Under the pieces are notes generated by a model. It searched no databases and was not told the origin of the DNA. It saw only the letters and a list, made by a program, of their open reading frames with translations. Positions 1 through 9,366 of a DNA stretch of 32,000 nucleotides are shown piece by piece. Within the stretch, counting starts at the first letter, position 1, and every line of letters starts with the position of its first letter. A program made the position numbers and the translations under genes. Origin of the DNA: Halomicronema hongdechloris C2206 (GTDB taxonomy: Bacteria > Cyanobacteriota > Cyanobacteriia > Phormidesmidales > Phormidesmidaceae); contig NZ_CP021983.2 in assembly GCF_002075285.3 (NCBI RefSeq), forward strand, positions 4,500,001-4,532,000, in the 5' to 3' direction.

Positions 1-817
1 CCAGTCGGGGGAAACAGCAGACACTTTGGCGGCCCTAGACATGGAACAGCAGCGACGGGCGCAGTTTGAAGATGGTGCCCTGGCAGCTCGCTTGCTGGGG
101 ATTACCAACCGCCCTGAGAGTTCTCTGGCCCGCTTGGTGCCTCATATTATTGATACCCATGCTGGCATCGAAATTGGTGTTGCTGCCACCAAAACCTTCA
201 CGGCCCAGGTGATGGCCTTTTACTTTCTGGCTCTTGATTTGGCCTATCGTCGTCAGATGCTTTCGGCTGAGCGCTTAGAAGATATCATCGTCGGGCTGCG
301 GCAATTACCGGCTCAGATTGAATTGGTATTGGAGAGCCAGGAGCGCTATATCGAGGAACTGGCCCATGAGTTTGGCGAAACCCAGGACTTCATCTATTTG
401 GGCCGAGGCATTAACTTCCCCATTGCCCTGGAAGGGGCGTTGAAGCTGAAGGAAATCAGCTACATCCATGCTGAAGGCTATCCGGCGGGGGAAATGAAGC
501 ATGGCCCCATTGCCCTGCTAGATGCCAAGGTACCAGTGGTTGCGATCGCAATGCCCGGTTCCGTCTACGACAAAGTCCTCTCCAATGCTCAGGAGGCCAA
601 GGCTCGGGATGCCCAGCTAATCGGGGTCGTGCCAATGAATGATGAAGATGCCGAAGATACCTTTGATGCCCTGTTGCCGGTGCCGCCGGTAGAGGAGGTG
701 TTATCGCCAGTATTGGCGGTGATTCCTCTACAGCTGTTGGCTTATCACATTGCCGCCCGCCGCGGCTTGGATGTGGATCAGCCCCGTAACCTGGCCAAGA
801 GCGTGACGGTAGAGTAA
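1..817 (+). CDS. glmS: glutamine--fructose-6-phosphate aminotransferase (isomerizing), C-terminal SIS-domain part; the 5' end lies outside the window
   Basis: The reading frame is open from the window edge (codons from nt 2 read QSGETADTLAAL, the SQSGETADT SIS motif). It continues through GYPAGEMKHGPIALLD and ends with the family-typical C-terminus LAKSVTVE followed by a stop at 815-817. Confidence 0.93.
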   Translation, partial: QSGETADTLAALDMEQQRRAQFEDGALAARLLGITNRPESSLARLVPHIIDTHAGIEIGVAATKTFTAQVMAFYFLALDLAYRRQMLSAERLEDIIVGLRQLPAQIELVLESQERYIEELAHEFGETQDFIYLGRGINFPIALEGALKLKEISYIHAEGYPAGEMKHGPIALLDAKVPVVAIAMPGSVYDKVLSNAQEAKARDAQLIGVVPMNDEDAEDTFDALLPVPPVEEVLSPVLAVIPLQLLAYHIAARRGLDVDQPRNLAKSVTVE

Positions 818-1119
818 GGACACGACTTGGCACATGATGGATAGAGAGGACCGACTGCGCTGCCCAACTCCAACTCAGGCGGGAGGCACGTTTGACCACG
901 TCCCTGATAAGGTGCGACGGCTGTGGGACAGGGCCTAATACTGGTGCTCACAGAGAATTCCTTATCCCTCAAATACTTGGGACAAGGTTCCCTGGCCATC
1001 GCCATCTAGGGAAAACCTGGACTGCCTATGACATTGGTTGGAAACGTGCCTGAGTTTAACCCCACGCATTCTTCTGTCTGCAACCGCCTGGCCAACACTG
1101 CTGTGTTGTAGGTACTTCA

Positions 1120-1707
1120 GTGACTCTCATTTCTGCTGCCATTATTCTGCTGCTGATCATGGATCCCTTTGGCAACATGGTCACCATCAACACCCTATTG
1201 ACTGAGATCCCGGCAGCGAAGCGGCGACGCATCATCTTGCGGGAAACCCTGATCGCCTACGGCATCTTGCTCGCCTTCCTGGTAGGAGGTAATCCTCTCC
1301 TATCTTTTTTTGGAGTGACCCCGTCCACCCTAAGTATCTCTGGCGGCATTGTCTTGTTTCTGATCGCCCTGGGCATGGTGTTTCCAGATCGCTCCTCAGC
1401 CATGCCCACTCGCCTGGACGCGGACCCCTTCATTGTCCCCATCGCCATGCCGTTGATTGCGGGTCCCAGTGCCATTGCCGCCTTACTCGTCTTTGCCAAA
1501 TCAGACCCCCAGTTACTCTGGAAATGGCTAGGAGCCCTAACCCTAGCCACCACCATCACCGGACTGATTTTGTGGATTTCCCCCTGGCTGTTCCAACGGC
1601 TGGGGCGGCGTGGAGCCCTAGCCGTGGAACGGTTGATGGGCATGTTGTTGATTATCCTCTCGGTACAGATGATGTTGGACGGTGTCGCCCAATATCTGCA
1701 GAGTTAG
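1120..1707 (+). CDS. MarC family (UPF0056 / NAAT) integral membrane protein
   Basis: 195-aa ORF with a GTG start. It is hydrophobic throughout with about 6 predicted helices. The N-terminal LLLIMDPFGN motif is typical of the MarC family. Confidence 0.8.
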   Translation: MTLISAAIILLLIMDPFGNMVTINTLLTEIPAAKRRRIILRETLIAYGILLAFLVGGNPLLSFFGVTPSTLSISGGIVLFLIALGMVFPDRSSAMPTRLDADPFIVPIAMPLIAGPSAIAALLVFAKSDPQLLWKWLGALTLATTITGLILWISPWLFQRLGRRGALAVERLMGMLLIILSVQMMLDGVAQYLQS

Positions 1708-1807
1708 TCAGCGCAATACTTTAGACCGATTAAAAGAGGAATGATCTGTGACGAATGATCTATGGTGAGAAGAGCGGGAATTCCCGCGCTCAACCCTAGG
1801 AGAGGCC

Positions 1808-2545
1808 ATGGAAATTCACTTGCGGCTGTGGCGGCAGGCCAGTGCAGAGGCATCTGGGCGGTTTGTAGACTACACTGTGTCCAATGCCAGCCCCAATATG
1901 TCCTTTCTAGAGCTCCTGGATGTACTCAACCAGCAATTAATTTACTCAGGAGAGGAGCCCATAGAGTTTGACTACGACTGCCGAGAGGGCATCTGCGGCT
2001 CCTGTGGCTTCATGGTCAATGGTCAGGCCCACGGACCCCAGCAGCGCACTACTGTTTGTCAACTCTATCTACGAGAATTTCAATCGGGTGACACCATTCT
2101 GGTAGAGCCCTGGCGGGCCCAGGCGTTTCCCGTGATCAAGGATCTGGTAGTGGATCGCTCTGCCTTCGACCGGATCATGGCCAAGGGCGGCTACATTTCA
2201 GTCAATACGGGGGCGGCTCCAGAGGCCAACACGATACCAGTGCCCAAACATGATGCCGATCTGGCCTTTGACTACGCTACCTGCATCGGCTGTGGTGCCT
2301 GTGTTGCGGCTTGTCCAAATGCCTCGGCTTCGCTGTTCACAGCGGCTAAGATTGCCCACCTCTCCCTGTTGCCCCAGGGACAACCGGAACGCCGGCAGCG
2401 GGTCTTAGCCATGACGGAGCAAATGGAAGCGGAGGGCTTTGGCGGTTGCTCTAACCATGGCGAATGCGAGGCAGTTTGCCCCAAGGGCATTTCCATTGAT
2501 GCCATTGCCCGCATGCGGCGACAGTATCTGCAGGCCCAGTTTTAG
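1808..2545 (+). CDS. sdhB: succinate dehydrogenase / fumarate reductase iron-sulfur subunit
   Basis: Three Fe-S cysteine clusters are readable: [10 protein letters not shown] (2Fe-2S), [12 protein letters not shown] (4Fe-4S) and [12 protein letters not shown] (3Fe-4S). An AGGAGA Shine-Dalgarno lies at 1798-1803. Confidence 0.9.
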   Translation: MEIHLRLWRQASAEASGRFVDYTVSNASPNMSFLELLDVLNQQLIYSGEEPIEFDYDCREGICGSCGFMVNGQAHGPQQRTTVCQLYLREFQSGDTILVEPWRAQAFPVIKDLVVDRSAFDRIMAKGGYISVNTGAAPEANTIPVPKHDADLAFDYATCIGCGACVAACPNASASLFTAAKIAHLSLLPQGQPERRQRVLAMTEQMEAEGFGGCSNHGECEAVCPKGISIDAIARMRRQYLQAQF

Positions 2546-3555
2546 CGACTCCAGATTTTCACCGCCCCCTGCCAATTACCGCTGGCTAGGGTGCGACTGT
2601 CGGGGGCAAAGGCCACAGACCAGACCCAACCGCCATCATCCTGGAGCACGCCGATGAGTTTGCCGCTGTCGATGTGCCAAAGTCGTACGGTCTTGTCATT
2701 GCTAGCGGTGGCCAGCAACTTGCCGTCGGGGCTAAAGCTGACACAGTTGACAGGGGCTGGATGGGCCTTGAATTCGGTGATCTGGCGACCACTGTTGAGC
2801 TTCCAGAAACGCACGGTGCAATCGGCGCTGCTGCTGGCCACGAGCCAGCCATTGGGACTAGCCGCCACCGAGAGGACTTCGGCGGTGTGGCCCTCGAGCA
2901 CCATATCTTGTCCTTTGCCATTGAGGCGGTAGAACCGGACGGAATGATCTTGACTGCCACTGATCAAGGTGCCGCTATCGGGGCTGATGGCAAGGGTACG
3001 GATCCAGTGGTTATGACCATTGAAGCGACGGAGGGATTGACCATCCGCTACCTGCCACATGCGGATGCTATTGTCCTGGCCAGCGGTGAAGAGATAGCGG
3101 CCATCGGGACTGAAGGTAACGGCGCGCACCCAATCGGTGTGACCATCCATAACCGCTTGCAGGCGACCGGTTTGGGGCTGCCAGAGTCGCACCCGATTGT
3201 CATTGCCAACGCTGGCTAGGGAGTCGCTGTCAGGGCTGAAGGCAATGGCGCGCACCCACGATTCATGACGCAGCACCTGTAGCACTTGCCCCGTTTGCAA
3301 GGACCATACCCGCACAGTTTTGTCACCGCTGCCACTGGCGACAAAGCGACCATTGGCACTAATGGCTACGGAGCGCACCCAACTGGTGTGGTCCGCGAAG
3401 GTGTGCTGACAGGACCAGCCGCCGGATAGTTTGGCGGGTTGCTGGGAGGGATCGATATGCATAGGCCGGGAACCGTGGCAGGGGCTGGCAGGGGTGGTTT
3501 GATGGTGCCAGGGGGCTCGCGAGTAACGGAGGTCGGAGGCAGAGGAAACGCTCAT
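2542..3555 (-). CDS. WD40 repeat protein (about seven-bladed beta-propeller with a short N-terminal extension)
   Basis: 337-aa ORF with about seven repeats of the pattern GH..WV..VAFSPDG..LAS.S.D.TVRLW. The start may be at 3555 or at the internal MHIDPS. Confidence 0.85.
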   Translation of the reverse strand: MSVSSASDLRYSRAPWHHQTTPASPCHGSRPMHIDPSQQPAKLSGGWSCQHTFADHTSWVRSVAISANGRFVASGSGDKTVRVWSLQTGQVLQVLRHESWVRAIAFSPDSDSLASVGNDNRVRLWQPQTGRLQAVMDGHTDWVRAVTFSPDGRYLFTAGQDNSIRMWQVADGQSLRRFNGHNHWIRTLAISPDSGTLISGSQDHSVRFYRLNGKGQDMVLEGHTAEVLSVAASPNGWLVASSSADCTVRFWKLNSGRQITEFKAHPAPVNCVSFSPDGKLLATASNDKTVRLWHIDSGKLIGVLQDDGGWVWSVAFAPDSRTLASGNWQGAVKIWSR

Positions 3556-3626
3556 AGGACCGTGGTAAAGAACGGCGAACGTGACTACCCGTTACACTAC
3601 ACTCTGGGTGGTGACGATTCCGGGTG

Positions 3627-4805
3627 TCAGGCAATGCTGCCCCGCTTGCGGGCTTCCTTATAGGAGGTCCCGACGTTCTTGAGCCCGGCTCGAATCATTT
3701 CTTGTTCTAGTAAAGCGAAAAATCGGGTTCTATCTCCACCGCGTACCACGGCCTGGTTGTGGGCCTCGGCCAGGATGACTGGATAGCCATAGCCTTTTTG
3801 GACCTGGGTGAGGCTAAGGTTGAGGGCTTGACTCAACAGCTGGGGATTGGTGGCGACCCAGGCAGGCATTTCCAGGCGGGCAATCTCAGCCCCCACGTGG
3901 ACATAGCAAAAATAAATAGCCTGGTCGTCATGATAGTGCTGCAGCAGAGGAGCGGAACTACGCCAAAGAGGGCTGCGCTGCCCTGGAGCTAGCTGAGTGG
4001 CCCAGAAGGTGGTGTCCCGTAGGGGATTAAATACCTGGCAGGGGGCCTGGTCGCCGGGGCCGGGGCAGTGGCTGAGACAGTCGGGCTGCTGGTAGGGGCA
4101 GCTTTGCAGCCGGAAAAAGTTGAGGGCTTCGCCACTGCGGGAGGCGCTAAGATAGCCTACCAGGGGGATCTGGGTCTGTTTGAGTCGATCCCAGGCCGCT
4201 AGGATCGGGGGCAAGATGCGATCGCATGCCGCCTGAGGCAAGGACTCCAAAAACCAATAGATCAACGAGCCATCCACCAGGGCCAGAGCCGGCACATCCC
4301 CAGTAACCTGATCCGCCAACTCGGCCAGGGCCACTGCCTCGGCTACGGTGCGCTGATAACCCATCCACTCTTCGGTGCGAATGCTCCACTGCCGTGAGAT
4401 ATAGAGATCTTCAGGACGGTAGATCACCTGGGGTAGGCTGTCCAGCCGGGGATAGCGGCTCTGGCCGTAGTGCAACACCACCCGACCCACATTGATCAAA
4501 TAACAGTAGGCAATCTCGTGGTGACTGGGGGAGATCTGGGAACCGTCGGTAGCCAGGACCGTGTGGGCGGCGGCGGTGGGCTGCACGTCAACGGGAGTAT
4601 CCAGGGGTTCCACCGGGTAGGCGGCGGTGAACCCCATGCGATCGCACCACTGCTGTAGTTGCTCGACGCGCTGGGCCTGGTGGGGCAAGATCTGGGTCAA
4701 CAGTCGCTCTGCGATCTCCACCCGCCGCTGAGCTGCCGCCGCCTCCTGGGTCAAGTGGTGGCTGATGCCCTGCATCTGCCGGGCCAGTTTCATCAGATCT
4801 AACAT
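3627..4805 (-). CDS. NurA-domain nuclease-like protein (name tentative)
   Basis: 392-aa ORF with two NurA-like acidic motifs, VLATDGSQISPS and ALALVDGSLIYWF. It sits 17 nt downstream of the HAD gene and 71 nt upstream of the WD40 gene on the same strand. Confidence 0.55.
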   Translation of the reverse strand: MLDLMKLARQMQGISHHLTQEAAAAQRRVEIAERLLTQILPHQAQRVEQLQQWCDRMGFTAAYPVEPLDTPVDVQPTAAAHTVLATDGSQISPSHHEIAYCYLINVGRVVLHYGQSRYPRLDSLPQVIYRPEDLYISRQWSIRTEEWMGYQRTVAEAVALAELADQVTGDVPALALVDGSLIYWFLESLPQAACDRILPPILAAWDRLKQTQIPLVGYLSASRSGEALNFFRLQSCPYQQPDCLSHCPGPGDQAPCQVFNPLRDTTFWATQLAPGQRSPLWRSSAPLLQHYHDDQAIYFCYVHVGAEIARLEMPAWVATNPQLLSQALNLSLTQVQKGYGYPVILAEAHNQAVVRGGDRTRFFALLEQEMIRAGLKNVGTSYKEARKRGSIA

Positions 4806-4822
4806 GGCACTCTTAGAAGAAC

Positions 4823-5620
4823 CTAGGCAATCCAGCAGTCGAACCCCTGTACTAATTGGCTCAAGCTTAGCAGATGAATACGCTCCTGCTGCCGGGCTTG
4901 CTGGCGATCGGCCTCGGTGTTATAGCCCCAGTCCACCAGAAACAGCTCCACACTGCCAAGATCTATCTGCTGTCGCACCGCCTCCAACGCCTGCAGCCGA
5001 TCCTCGAGAAACCAGACCTGGGGCACCAATTGTCGTCGCTCGGCATAGCCCGCCTTCACTTGCCGCAAGGTCTCATACTTGGGTTGCTTTACCTCTTTGC
5101 CAAACACCTGCTCATCAGCCAGCTCGATGCCCCGTTGGGCCAACAATTGACGGATAAACCGCCCCTCCTTGGTGGAAATAATCACCGCAAACACCCCAGC
5201 CGCCATGGCCTGCTGCAATCGCTCCAGAGTGCCGGGGTAGAAGCGATGTTGGCTGAGCCAATGGTCTAAATCCGCCTGAATCCAGCGATCACGGGTACAA
5301 TCCACGGCTTGGGCCACTTGGCGGGGAGTGAGGTCAGCCGCCGCCACCAGGGTCTTAGCCAGGCTGGGCCAGTCGTGGCCAATCTCTGCCTCCGAGATGC
5401 CCTGCAACAGCGCCTGCAGCAAGACCGGCATCTCCCAGCCCGTCTCCACCAACGGTCGCAGTCGATAAAACTGCTCTGCCAGCCCCGGGGGCGGTGTTTC
5501 CGGAGAGTGGGGAAACAACTGGCCATGGGCCTGCCAGGCCGTCTGGTAATATTCAACCAACCCATCACAGAGCACCCCGTCAAAGTCGAAGGCGAGAATG
5601 TCTGGCACCGTGGCTCCCAT
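4823..5620 (-). CDS. HAD superfamily hydrolase
   Basis: 265-aa ORF. The N-terminal motif I, ILAFDFDGVLCDG (DxDG), is typical of haloacid dehalogenase-like hydrolases. Confidence 0.75.
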   Translation of the reverse strand: MGATVPDILAFDFDGVLCDGLVEYYQTAWQAHGQLFPHSPETPPPGLAEQFYRLRPLVETGWEMPVLLQALLQGISEAEIGHDWPSLAKTLVAAADLTPRQVAQAVDCTRDRWIQADLDHWLSQHRFYPGTLERLQQAMAAGVFAVIISTKEGRFIRQLLAQRGIELADEQVFGKEVKQPKYETLRQVKAGYAERRQLVPQVWFLEDRLQALEAVRQQIDLGSVELFLVDWGYNTEADRQQARQQERIHLLSLSQLVQGFDCWIA

Positions 5621-6276
5621 GGCTGTAGTTGTTTTTAATGTGCATCCACAGCTTACTGGTCTGGCCCAGTCAATGCCAGCAGCAATGGTTACTCACCGGC
5701 CCTACACGACGACACGGCTGTGATAGGTCTCTCCTGCCAGGGCCAACGGGTGTCCATCTTTGCAGCATCAGTGGTCTCGCCGACCCGCGACGGCCAAGGC
5801 TGACTAACTAGAGCTTTCGTTGGTCTGCAGTAGGGGGGTCCTCCGGGGTGCTCCTTTTTGTTGAGGTGACTGACCACTATCTAATAGATAAGTCCGGTAT
5901 TGGGGGTGTTATCCAGCAGGGTTGACGGATAACATCCTTGAACTCCAGGATTGGCTATTAGACCTGTTCGATAGCACCCAAAAACCTCAGACTTATCAGT
6001 CAAATAGTCTGTTTAATTCCTGAAAACTGGGTATTACCCCATAGACATTCCAGATAATGTGGGACATAGGGGATTTTATCCAGCAGATCTGCCACTTAAC
6101 ACATAGTTATGCCGCGAGTCCCCAGCTGGGAGAGTAGCTTGATGGGCCTTGCGAGATATTTAGCCCCAAGGGAAATTCCTTAACCACAGTCATAACCTGT
6201 GGTGATGGGCGCAGAGCCCGGGACTCACCCGAGGGCAACGGCAAGCACCGTGGTTGATTCTCGCTAAGTCCCATGG

Positions 6277-6765
6277 ATGCGATCGCATCTTGCAACTGGG
6301 CAGCCGTCCCTTGATTTCCGGGAAAAGATTATTGACGTCTACTTTACAGAGCGGCTGTCGGTTCGCAAGTTAGCTAAGCGATTTGGCGTGTCGAAGAGTT
6401 TTATTGAAACTCTGTTGAAGCGCCTGCGAGAAACGGGTGATATTCAGCCTAAGCCTCATGGGGGGTGGCGCTCAGCCTAAACTCAATGCAGAACAACTAA
6501 AACTTGTGAAAGCCTTGGTGGATGCGGACAATGATGCGACCTTAGACGAACTCCGTGATCGCCTAGCTGCCGAGACCTCGATTTTGATCAGTCGGTCGTC
6601 CATGGGACGAATCGTGCAATAGCTTGAACTCACCCGTAAAAAAAACGCTGCACGCTACTGAAGCAGGGAGTCTACGGGTGCGACAAGCCCGAGTCGAGTA
6701 TTGGCAACAGATCCGAGACATAGCCCCGGAGAACCTGGTGTTTATGGATGAGGCGGGCGTTAACC
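6277..6765 (+). mobile_element. IS630 (Tc1/mariner) family transposase remnant, dead
   Basis: The N-terminal HTH region is spread over three frames: PSLDFREKIIDVYF..LAKRFGVSKSFIETLLKRLRETGDIQPKPHGG, then GGAQPKLNAEQLKLVKALVDADNDATLDELRDRL..MGRIVQ, then KKTLHATE..VEYWQQI..LVFMDEAGVN. The lesions are an extra G in the G-run near 6459-6464, an in-frame TAG at 6620-6622 and an extra A in the A8 run at 6637-6644. The coding sequence is cut off at about 6765, before the DDE catalytic region. Confidence 0.75.
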
Positions 6766-7445
6766 TTCTCCCCATGCACCCGAGGGCGTCCTCGCCCGCC
6801 ATAGGTGGGTGGAGCCCCCCAGAGATTGCGATTGGCACGTAAGCGCATCAATTTATCAGCCGCAATGTCGGCACTTTTGAGCACAAAGCTGGCGCAGCCA
6901 TATTCGCCATCCCATAGACTCAGAGGGCGTTTGGGTAAATATTTGCAGACTTGTTTGAGTTGCCAGACTGCCTTGCTAATGGGACTCTCCCAACTGGTGA
7001 TCCGCTCATGGCGCAACGGCAACGCCCAACTCCCCTCGGCTTCAGGCACCCCAGCCAACGTGCTATAGCCTTGCCCCACTGTCACGGGTCCATGCAACCC
7101 ACCCCCATTCGCTTGGTGTTCATAGGTACGCTCGCGTAATCGCTTGGCAAACGGACGCGCCCAGCCGGTATGGTCGCCAGCTAGCACAATCGGCTCGTCC
7201 TCGGCAACTTCAATATGCTCTATGTACAGTCGCATCAGCTTATTGCGCTGCGGACGGCTATCTTCAAGGGCTTCATAGACGCTCGACCAGCCTCAGCCAA
7301 ACACGGGCGATTGCGAGAGTTCTGCAAAGCTGTACACATGACGAGTGCATAGCACTGCATCGATCAGCTCAAACGTGGCATCCTTCGCCCTGCCCAGACA
7401 GGGATGAGCGCGCTGGCGAAACTGTTCCAAGGTATCGTAGGACAT
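6766..7445 (-). mobile_element. DDE transposase remnant (IS4/IS701-like superfamily; family assignment tentative), dead
   Basis: Reading starts at the ATG at 7445: MSYDTLEQFRQRAHPCLGRAKDATFELIDAVL..SPVFG. An in-frame TGA follows at 7293-7295. The same frame then continues GWSSVYEALEDSRPQRNKLMRLYIEHI..LAGDHTGWARP..TVGQGYSTLAGVPEAEGSWALPLRHERITSW..GRGRPRVHGEKV. Similarity stops at about 6765, where it abuts the IS630 remnant, so the C-terminal half is missing. Confidence 0.65.
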
Positions 7446-7533
7446 AGTGGCAGACCTGAGGGTTTTGCTTTTCTCAGTGTCTGCTATTGGGCGCGCTGGG
7501 CATAGTCCCAGCCGCTTTTTATTGGCTCATTAG

Positions 7534-7701
7534 TCTAAACTCCAACCTCGTCCTGAGCCCCAGGATTTACTCGACACATTGAAAACATTGATCGGTGGCC
7601 TGGAGCGCGAGGAAATTACGGGCAAATTATGGACAGTCCAGAAAGGCAGAATTCGAATCTACGCCATGGCTCCAGCCCTATCAACTGCGTTACGGTCCTA
7701 A
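7534..7701 (+). pseudogene. orphan 3' gene fragment without a start codon (unknown family)
   Basis: An open frame of 55 codons reads LQPRPEPQDLLDTLKTLIGGLEREEITGKLWTVQKGRIRIYAMAPALSTALRS, with a stop at 7699-7701. It has no ATG or GTG and begins directly beside the IS remnant end. Confidence 0.25.
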
Positions 7702-7752
7702 AGGGGCTACCCTGCCACCAGACGTCCCTGCATTGATCGCTCCCTGCCATCC

Positions 7753-9315
7753 GTGACCCCAGACACCGATATCCTCGTCATCGGCAGCGGCATCGGCGGC
7801 CTCTGTTGTGCCGCCCTGCTGGCCAAATACGGTTTTCGCGTCACCGTCTGCGAAAGCCACAGCATCCCCGGCGGCGCTGCCCACGGCTTTCAACGCCAGG
7901 GCTTTACCTTCGATTCCGGCCCCTCCCTCTATTCCGGCCTCTCCCAGCGACCCTCCAGCAATCCCCTGGGCCATGTCCTCGACGCCATCGAGGGAGACCT
8001 AGACTGGGCCACCTACGACACCTGGGGCGTCTACATTCCCGGAGGGCGAGTTCGCCACCAGCGTCGGGTGCCGAGCAGTTCTGCCAGGTATTGCAGACCC
8101 TACGCGGTGAGGAGGCGGTGCGGCAGTGGCGACGGCTGCAGGCGGTGATGACTCCCCTGGGTCAGGGGGCTACGGCCCTGCCCGCCGCTGCCGGGCGCTG
8201 GGACCTAGGGATAGTGAGAACCGGTCCGCTCCCTACGCCTGGCAGCTGCTGTGCGCCGAGGTCCCCAACTGGCCCGGTTGCAGGGCCCCTTCAGCGCCAT
8301 CCTGCAGGACACGGTCACGGATCCCTTCATTCGCCACTGGATGGATTTGCTCTGCTTTCTCCTCTCCGGCCTGCCCGCCGCGGACACCAGTGCCGCCGAG
8401 ATGGCCTTCATGTTTGCCGGGGAGTGGTATCGACGGGGGGTCTACCTAGACTATCCCCGCGGCGGTAGCGGCGCCCTCGTGAATGCCCTGGTGCGGGGGC
8501 TGCAGAAGTATGGGGGCCAGCTGCGGCTGCAGGCCCATGTGGAGCAGGTGATGGTGGAACAGGGACGGGCAGCGGGGGTGGTGTTGCGGTCTGGGGAAGA
8601 ACTGCGGGCCAAGCGGGCGGTGATCTCCAATGCTTCCATCTGGGACACCCTGAAACTACTGCCCGCAGGAGCCATGCCCCAGCGATTTGTGCAGCGGCGC
8701 CAGGCCATGCCCCGTTGCCCCAGCTTCATGCATCTGCATCTGGGCATCGACGCCACGGATATTCGTCCCGACCTGGCCTGTCACTATATCGTGGTGAATG
8801 ACTGGCAGCTGGGGGTGACGGCACCGCAGAATCTGGTGCTGATCTCGATTCCCTCGCTGCTGGATCCGTCCCTGGCCCCGCCCGGCAAGCATACGATTCA
8901 TGTCTATACCCCCGGCAATGAGCCCTACTCCCTCTGGCAGGGGCTCGATCGCCGCAGTCAGGCCTATGCCGACTTGAAGGCGACGCGCTCGGCGGTGATG
9001 TTCCAGGCCCTGGAGCGCATCATCCCCGATCTCCAGCGCCGCATCGAGGTCAAGCTGGTGGGCACCCCCCTCACCCATGAGCGCTTTCTGCGCCGACATC
9101 AGGGCACCTACGGCCCGGCCATCTCGGCCCAGACGGGGCTGTTTCCCGGCCCCCGCACCCCTCTGCCAGGGCTGTGGTGTACGGGAGATTCCACCTTTCC
9201 CGGCATCGGCTTACCAGCGGTGGCGGCCAGCGGCATGACCACGGCCAACACCCTGGCCTCGGTGGGGCAGCACCGCCAGATGCTGCGGCAGGTGTTGGCT
9301 TCCGGCAAATTTTAA
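7753..9315 (+). pseudogene. FAD-dependent oxidoreductase of the phytoene desaturase / carotenoid isomerase (CrtH/CrtISO-like) family, frame-disrupted
   Basis: An N-terminal Rossmann motif, DILVIGSGIGGLCCAALLAKYGFRVTVCESHSIPGGAAH, is read in frame 1. That reading hits a stop at 8146-8148. Family-like sequence continues as EGEFATSVG (frame 2) and AEQFCQVLQTLRGEEAVRQWRRLQAVMTPLGQGATALPAAA (frame 3). It returns to frame 1 for QLARLQGPFSAIL..DPFIRHWMDLLCFLLSGLPA..YPRGGSGALVNALVRGL..CTGDSTFPGIGLPAVAASG through the stop at 9313-9315. Confidence 0.8.
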
Positions 9316-9347
9316 CTGGGTAAAGCCCATCGCAAAGCTCCCCCCAA

Positions 9348-9366
9348 CCCCCCTTGGCCAGGGGGG
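9348..9366 (+). terminator. GC-rich stem-loop downstream of the CrtH-like gene (no U-tract)
   Basis: The sequence CCCCCC-TTGGCCA-GGGGGG lies 33 nt after the stop codon. No T-run follows, so terminator function is uncertain. Confidence 0.3.

Noticed and set aside
305-1005. Minus-strand ORFs overlap the glmS 3' end and the downstream spacer.
   Set aside because: They are antisense to a very well supported glmS frame, with P/R/S-rich composition typical of spurious GC-rich ORFs.
2586-3219. ORFs at 2591-2932, 2674-3219 and 2586-2960 overlap the WD40 gene.
   Set aside because: They are off-frame or antisense readings of a repeat-rich, GC-biased gene. Only the 2542-3555 minus frame shows WD40 repeats.
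5640-6100. Superficial resemblance to a TPP riboswitch (CTGCTGGATAA.. on the minus strand), a cobalamin riboswitch (GAGACCACTG), tmRNA or RNase P.
   Set aside because: The conserved cores are absent or in the wrong order (CUGAGA plus ACCUGAUCUGGAUAAUGCCAGCG; B12 box; GAGGAAAGUCC; tmRNA 3' CCA arm). The downstream HAD gene is not an expected target.
6620-6644. Whether the A8 run in the IS630 remnant is a programmed ribosomal frameshift site.
   Set aside because: The required shift is +1, not the usual -1. An in-frame TAG lies just upstream, there is another indel at about 6460, and the catalytic half is missing. Decay is the simpler explanation.
7640-7670. A tRNA T-arm-like string, AGAATTCGAATCTACG.
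   Set aside because: The flanking bases do not form a T-stem, and no acceptor, D or anticodon arms can be drawn. The string lies inside a protein-like open frame.
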